Shown: one piece after another, positions 58,852 to 64,000 of the stretch
Layout: each line of letters opens with the position of its first letter
Numbering within the stretch: the stretch's first letter is position 1
Source: Candidatus Latescibacterota bacterium
Lineage (GTDB): Bacteria > Latescibacterota > UBA2968 > GCA-2709665
Assembly (NCBI GenBank): GCA_965203805.1
Contig: OZ241917.1
Coordinates: 5,088,001-5,152,000 of the forward strand
Reading direction: 5' to 3'
DNA: 64,000 nucleotides
Made by a program: the position numbers and the translations under genes
The notes under the pieces: generated by a model
The model's database searches: none
Told to the model about the DNA's origin: nothing
What the model saw: only the letters and a program-made list of their open reading frames with translations

Positions 58852-60009
58852 TCACATGGCGGCTTCGTACAGCGCAACGATGTCCTTAAGTGTGGTGTGC
58901 CGCGGGTTGATCTGGATATTTCCGCTCTTCATCGCGTCTTCCGCCAGTACGGAGATTCCTTCGGGCGCCACGCCGACGTCGGTAAGGGTTTCAGGGATGC
59001 CGACTTCCGCCGACAGCGTTTTCACGGCTTCCACGGCCACGTCGGCGGCTTCCATGGGCGAAAGGCCGTCGATGTCTTCGCCGAGTGCAGCCGCGACGTC
59101 GGCGAATCGTTCCGGGCACGCGACCTTGTTGAAGTCCATCACCCGGGTGAGCAGGATGGCGTTGGCGACGCCGTGAGGGACGCCGTAGTGCCCGCCCACG
59201 GGGTGGGACATCGCGTGTACGTTGCCCAGGCGCGTCTGCGAAAAGGCGATGCCGGCCATATTGCTTGCCAGAAGCATCTGTTCGGTGGCTGCGTAATTGT
59301 GGTGGCTGGCGGCGGCCTGCCGGAGGTTTTCCGCAATCAGCCGGATGGCATGCAGCGCCAGGCCGTCGGAGATGGGGTTGGAGGCAAGCGCCACGTAGGA
59401 TTCCACGGCGTGGGTGAGCGCGTCCATCCCCGTGGCGGCGGCGATCGGCATCGGCAGGGCGACGGCCGCATTGGCGTCCAGGATGCCCACGTCCGGAATC
59501 ACGTGAGGACCGCCTACCCCTGCCTTGAAGTGGTTGTCGTCCGTCACGACGGCGAACGGGGTGACTTCGCTGCCCGTGCCGTAGGTCGTGGGTACGCACA
59601 GCAGAAAGGGCACGCGTTTCCGCCCCTGCAACAAACCGACGTGGTCTTCAATTCTGCCGCCGTTGGATGCGAGGACGCCGGCGCACTTGGCCGTGTCCAT
59701 CGAAGACCCCCCGCCAATGGCCAGCAGCCAGTCGCAACCCTGTGACTCGTACAGGTCGAAACAGGCCTGAATGACGTGTACCGGCGGGTTTTCTTCCACG
59801 CCGTCGTAAACCACAAACGGGATCCCGGCGGCCTCCAGGACACCGGTGGCCCGCTGTGCCACACCTGCTTTGACAAGGCCCTTGTCGGTGACGACGAGGG
59901 CTTTTTTTTCACTGCGATCGGATAGTATCCGGGGGATTTCAGACACGCTGCCACGGCCCACGATAAGCCGGGTGGGGGAGTGGAAGGTGAAGCAGTTTTG
60001 CGCCGTCAC
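58852..60009 (-). CDS. Iron-containing alcohol dehydrogenase
   Basis: GGGSSMD, PTTYGTGSE, DALTHAVE, HAMSH, HG. Confidence 0.95.
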   Translation of the reverse strand: MTAQNCFTFHSPTRLIVGRGSVSEIPRILSDRSEKKALVVTDKGLVKAGVAQRATGVLEAAGIPFVVYDGVEENPPVHVIQACFDLYESQGCDWLLAIGGGSSMDTAKCAGVLASNGGRIEDHVGLLQGRKRVPFLLCVPTTYGTGSEVTPFAVVTDDNHFKAGVGGPHVIPDVGILDANAAVALPMPIAAATGMDALTHAVESYVALASNPISDGLALHAIRLIAENLRQAAASHHNYAATEQMLLASNMAGIAFSQTRLGNVHAMSHPVGGHYGVPHGVANAILLTRVMDFNKVACPERFADVAAALGEDIDGLSPMEAADVAVEAVKTLSAEVGIPETLTDVGVAPEGISVLAEDAMKSGNIQINPRHTTLKDIVALYEAAM

Positions 60010-60120
60010 GATGCGTACTCCTTAATAAAGTACAGTAGAAACAGGAACTGTGCTTACGTAATTTAGGCGTTACGTCAAGTGTGGACAAGCAGATTCAGCG
60101 GTCAGGAAAAGCAGCGAAGA

Positions 60121-60230
60121 GCAGCTGTCAGCCTTCAGCCGTCAGCAAAGATCAAAAACGACAATCAGCTCACACAAAGACACGAAGACACAAAGAGAAA
60201 CAGAGCGGTCAGCCGACAGCCGTCAGCTCG
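60121..60230. repeat. TCAGCCG heptamer and ACACAAAG repeats
   Basis: gtcagccttcagccgtcagc / ggtcagccgacagccgtcagc (also at 6228-6248); acacaaagacacgaagacacaaag. Confidence 0.55.
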
Positions 60231-60626
60231 AAGCAAAGACAAACAGCGAAAGACAAACGACGGAACCACCGCGAATCCGTGCGGGCGGTGGCAGATTCCG
60301 CGCTTGAAGGTGAAGCGATGTCGTTGTGCAGACCTAAAGCAGTCCTAACAAATGTACGGTTGTGGAGTGGGGGGTTTTTCCGTGCTAATCCGTCCGCCAA
60401 CATCGTTCGGGATGGGCGGTTTCGGTGAAAGGGCAATCAATATCCAATTGCGCCACTGAGGTGGTTCACGGAAAAACCGGCCCCGCGCCGAGCGGCGCCG
60501 TTCTTTTTGGTCCTTTTTCTTGGGCGTACAAGAAAAAGGACGAAGAGAAAATGAAAGTTGGTTGGAGAGGTAAAGCGTTGTTCCCCAATAGTTTAGTTCC
60601 ATAGGATGTCTGGTCCCTGACCCGAG

Positions 60627-61640
60627 TCAAAATATCTTCCCGATTTCATCCCGATCGAATTCGGGCAGGTCTTCCCAGCTACCGCCTACCCGGAGTTTGA
60701 GTCCGAAATCGGGCGATTCGGCGCGCCCGACGATCTCGCAGGAAATGCCGGCGGCTCGGATGGCGTCGCGAACCGGCTCGGCGTCTTCCGGCGCCAGTCC
60801 GATCAACAGCGCGCCGGAGGAGATGACGCCCAGCGGATCGAGTTGGAGTGCATCGCACAGCAGACGCGTTTCCTCGGAGGCGAAGAGCGCGTCTCCATCC
60901 ACGGCGAGTCCGCAGTTCGAGGCGGCCGCGAGTTCCCGAAGCGCCGTGGCAACGCCGCCTTCCGTGGGGTCATGCATCGCGCGCACCGGGGCGGTTTCGC
61001 ACGCGATTCGCGCCTCTGTGATAATGCTGATCCCCGGATCGTGAAGGTAGCCGTGCGCGCTACCGAGCAGGTTGGAATCGAATCCCCGGTCGCGCAACTC
61101 GACCGCTTTCTCTCTGGCCAGGATGGCGGTGGCTTCGATCCCCAACCCTTTGGTAAGCAGAATGCTGTCGCCCGGCCGGAGTCCGCTCGATCGGACCAGA
61201 TCTTCGCGCCGGACTTCGCCCAGCATCTGTCCGACGACGATCGGCCGGTCCAGACCCGCGGTGATTTCAGTGTGACCCCCGCAGAGAGAAACGCCAATCT
61301 CGCCGCAAGCGCGCCGGAGCGATTCGAAGATGGACCGGACGAGGGCCTCGTCCGTCAGGCTATCGGGAAGGAGAAGCGTGGCCAGGAACCAGCGGGGGAC
61401 CGCCCCCATCGTGGCGACGTCGTTGGAGTTGACGTGGACTGCATAGTGGCCGATCTCGTCGGTTGCGAAGGTAATGGGGTCGGTCTTCACCACGAGGCAG
61501 GTCTCGCCGAAGTCGATGACCGCGGCGTCCTCCCCCACCTCCGGTCCCACGAGAACCCGCTCGTCGACCACGCTGCATTCGCGCAGCAGGCCGGAGAGCA
61601 GGTCCAGCGGGAGTTTTCCTGGCGGCAGAAAGGCACACAT
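60627..61640 (-). CDS. AIR synthase family (HypE/ThiL-like) protein
   Basis: GKLP, GEDAAV, KTDPIT, NDVATMGA, GGHTE, MHDPTEGG, SSGALL; upstream TTGACA-17 bp-TATCGT. Confidence 0.85.
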   Translation of the reverse strand: MCAFLPPGKLPLDLLSGLLRECSVVDERVLVGPEVGEDAAVIDFGETCLVVKTDPITFATDEIGHYAVHVNSNDVATMGAVPRWFLATLLLPDSLTDEALVRSIFESLRRACGEIGVSLCGGHTEITAGLDRPIVVGQMLGEVRREDLVRSSGLRPGDSILLTKGLGIEATAILAREKAVELRDRGFDSNLLGSAHGYLHDPGISIITEARIACETAPVRAMHDPTEGGVATALRELAAASNCGLAVDGDALFASEETRLLCDALQLDPLGVISSGALLIGLAPEDAEPVRDAIRAAGISCEIVGRAESPDFGLKLRVGGSWEDLPEFDRDEIGKIF

Positions 61641-61835
61641 GTTCGCAAGTGGATTGGCGAGAAAAGGAAACCGGCGTGGTCCTGGAACGCGGGATTTACG
61701 ATAGGCCAATTCCAGGGGGTTGTCAATGGTTTTGCAGGACCGCTGCGCTGTCCGCCCCCGGCGGACCGGCGGGGGCGGCGAAGGGATTTTCCTGTCCGGT
61801 GAGCCGGCTTACCTAGGGCAACAGCTGAAGTTACA

Positions 61836-62894
61836 TCATCGTTTGAAAACGGATCGGAGCACCGCGGTGCGGGGGTCGTCGCTGAGGGGCGTCTCGAGGA
61901 TCCGTCGAAGTTGCGCCAGGCGTGCTTCCGGGTTCCGCCACCTGTTCAGCAGCGGATGACGCGGGTCGGGCCGGGCATCCAGCAGGGACTGCGCGGCAAG
62001 GAGGTGGAGAATTAGATGATGTCCATCCAGCAGGGCCGCAATCTCCGCCTGAGACGCCGCGCGGTATTCCGACGCAAGCGCGGCATATCGCGCGGTCAGG
62101 GCGGGTGTGAGCGCGCTGACGGTCCTGCCGTCAGGTCGTCCGGCGCCGTGAGACGTCGTATACTGGGTCAACCGGCGCTCGGGCCAGTCCCATCCGATCT
62201 TGGAGAATTCGATGAAGCGGAGGGATCGCGTCGCAGGATCGATCACGATGTTGCGGGCCTGGTAGTCGGTCGGGCCGGGCAGCGGCGAGGCCTGTTCGAG
62301 AAATCGCAGAAGCTCCGATAGCGCATCGGAAATCGCCGCTGTACGCATGCGGACCGCACTGGGCGCGAGCTGTTCGACAAGCTGCGGGAAGCCCTGCGCA
62401 AGACATCGGGTGGCTTTGCGCCAGGCGCGGCGCAGATCCTTCGGGTGGCAACCCGGAAAGGTACGCGGGGCGAACACGTCGCAGTGCTCATGAAAGACGG
62501 ATTGGACTCGGCAGAAGCCCTCAACGGCGAGACGGCCATAGGTTCCCGCGGCGCCCTCCTGAAAGACGTCGTCGAGCGTTTGATCGCCGCACCATTCGAA
62601 AAAGACGACGTCGTGGTCGCTGTCGGCGGCATAAAGCCGGGGAACCGGGGCGCCGGACAGGCGCGCGTGCGCAAGCTGCTCAACCTCAAGCAGATCGTGG
62701 GCCTTCCCGCGCGCGAGGGGTGCGAAAACGTGGTGTTTTGCAACGAGGAACGAACCGTTGTCGAGGATGATCTTCCAGACGTTCGGGTGACCGGGGACGG
62801 GCAGGATATCTTCTACCGCGGATCCGCCGGGAACGGCGGCGGGTGCGATACGTCTGATGGCCTCGATCGTCGTTTGGGAGGAACGCACAGACAT
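61836..62894 (-). CDS. Aminoglycoside phosphotransferase/kinase-like protein
   Basis: VAK, VPRLY, DYQARNI, FIEFSKIG (atypical DFG-equivalent). Confidence 0.65.
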   Translation of the reverse strand: MSVRSSQTTIEAIRRIAPAAVPGGSAVEDILPVPGHPNVWKIILDNGSFLVAKHHVFAPLARGKAHDLLEVEQLAHARLSGAPVPRLYAADSDHDVVFFEWCGDQTLDDVFQEGAAGTYGRLAVEGFCRVQSVFHEHCDVFAPRTFPGCHPKDLRRAWRKATRCLAQGFPQLVEQLAPSAVRMRTAAISDALSELLRFLEQASPLPGPTDYQARNIVIDPATRSLRFIEFSKIGWDWPERRLTQYTTSHGAGRPDGRTVSALTPALTARYAALASEYRAASQAEIAALLDGHHLILHLLAAQSLLDARPDPRHPLLNRWRNPEARLAQLRRILETPLSDDPRTAVLRSVFKR

Positions 62895-62910
62895 GGCGTG
62901 TGGAGTCGTT

Positions 62911-64000
62911 TTACTTCTGCTGGATCTGCCGTTTTCGCAGCGTGAGGAATTCCGGCGCTTCCCGAATGCAGGAGACAAGGATGCCGAGGGAACGCTTGAA
63001 GGCGTTGAATCCCGTCCGCCGGATCTCGGCGGCGACGTCTCCCACGGCGTCAAATCCGTCTTGCGTGGGCGCAAGGTCCTCCCAGTTCCTGAAGAGGCGG
63101 CCCCAGTCGCTATCCAGAACTTTCCGCATTCGTTTCCTGGCGAGAAACGGATACCAGAAGGTGTCGTGGTAGAGAACGCTGGCCAGGTACGACCAGGGCG
63201 CCAGGAAGGTCTTGAGAGACCACTCGACGGGTTTTTTGAGCGGTCCCCAATAGATCTTGTGCTGCATTCGGGACGCGAATGTCATTTTTCGGAAGGGACC
63301 GGCGAATCGCCAGTTTTCTTCTGCCGCGGCGGTATCCCCCGCAATCCGGATCTCGCGCGGATCGCCGCAACCCAGGCCGCGGTCGTGCGCGAGACGGATG
63401 TACTTGATTGAAAGCGGATCCATCCCCATCATCCTGGCCGCCACCGCGTCGATGGCCACCTGGTCCGCGCTTGCCAGGATGACATTCTTGGTATACGGGA
63501 TCATACACCGCGGACCGGGTCCGTCACCGGCGAAGGTGCCGTCCATGACCGCGAATACGCCGGGGTGGATTTTCTTCTGAATCGTCAACAGGTCCACCAG
63601 GGTCTCGTGGATGACCGGATGGGTCCAGTGGCGCCGTTCGTTGAGAAGGCCGCCGAAGGCGTTTTTCATGGCCCCGGTCGTGGTGGTAAACACGTGGGTC
63701 TTGACGGTGGGCAGGTGGACGATGTTCTCGCCGATCAGGCGCCGCGGAATGTGAAAGCCGTCGGGGTAGACCTGGTTCAGGCACATGAAACCGTCGGCGA
63801 GATCGCCCACCGCATCGCGGACGTGGACCCATTCCTCGCCTTCGTAGAGGTGGATATTCCGCAGGCCGTGGGCATTGACAACGTGGACCTGCTTGTTCTC
63901 TCTCTCGCCCAGCCGGGCGTCGATGACGACCGTCCGGTTGTGGCAGGCATGGATCAGGTCCTTGCGATACCCGTCCTTCGCCATGGCGCGGATCACGCCT
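62911..64000 (-). CDS. DUF362 domain protein (5' end outside window)
   Basis: LPTVKTH, TGAMKNAFG, DG...G.GPGP, DQVAIDAV. Confidence 0.85.
   Translation of the reverse strand, partial: GVIRAMAKDGYRKDLIHACHNRTVVIDARLGERENKQVHVVNAHGLRNIHLYEGEEWVHVRDAVGDLADGFMCLNQVYPDGFHIPRRLIGENIVHLPTVKTHVFTTTTGAMKNAFGGLLNERRHWTHPVIHETLVDLLTIQKKIHPGVFAVMDGTFAGDGPGPRCMIPYTKNVILASADQVAIDAVAARMMGMDPLSIKYIRLAHDRGLGCGDPREIRIAGDTAAAEENWRFAGPFRKMTFASRMQHKIYWGPLKKPVEWSLKTFLAPWSYLASVLYHDTFWYPFLARKRMRKVLDSDWGRLFRNWEDLAPTQDGFDAVGDVAAEIRRTGFNAFKRSLGILVSCIREAPEFLTLRKRQIQQK

Noticed and set aside
32851-59745. Long antisense ORFs such as 32851-34527, 37687-39237, 50381-52018 and 57730-59745
   Set aside because: Shadows of well-supported genes on the opposite strand, expected at high GC; no motifs.
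60627-61640. Selenophosphate synthetase SelD
   Set aside because: Same fold superfamily but lacks the N-terminal C/U-x-x-K catalytic motif.
1-64000. CRISPR array, tRNA or rRNA
   Set aside because: No regularly spaced repeats with unique spacers, no cas genes, and no cloverleaf or rRNA signature seen; GTTCGA hits lie inside coding genes.

Overview
GC-rich bacterial chromosomal window, probably from an uncultured lineage with many catabolic genes (taxonomy is not determinable from sequence alone). About 0-34.6 kb and 57.4-64 kb hold housekeeping and catabolic genes: M32 carboxypeptidase, nucleoside hydrolase, rsgA, two lolC/E-type permeases, mutY, aroC, a seven-gene catabolic cluster, mtnA, rsfS, carA, pyrC, a LarA-like protein, Fe-ADH and others. 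The intergenic spaces carry several families of small repeats and MITEs. A Rdx/SelW-type selenoprotein (CxxU, in-frame TGA followed by a hairpin) at 270-506 is missing from the ORF track. About 34.7-57.3 kb is a defence island with no integrase. It contains a giant exonuclease-RecQ-UvrD fusion, vapBC, a HelD/UvrD-like ATPase, an AT-rich RelE-type pair, and a type I R-M locus whose HsdR ends in a LexA-like S24 peptidase domain. Two accessory gene pairs sit between hsdS and hsdR: a PtuAB/Septu-like ATPase plus HNH, and a small ADP-ribosyltransferase-like protein with a 377-aa partner. Two decayed copies of the hsdR 5' end mark module junctions, suggesting cassette-style growth of the locus. All calls come from reading motifs by eye; no database searches were run.
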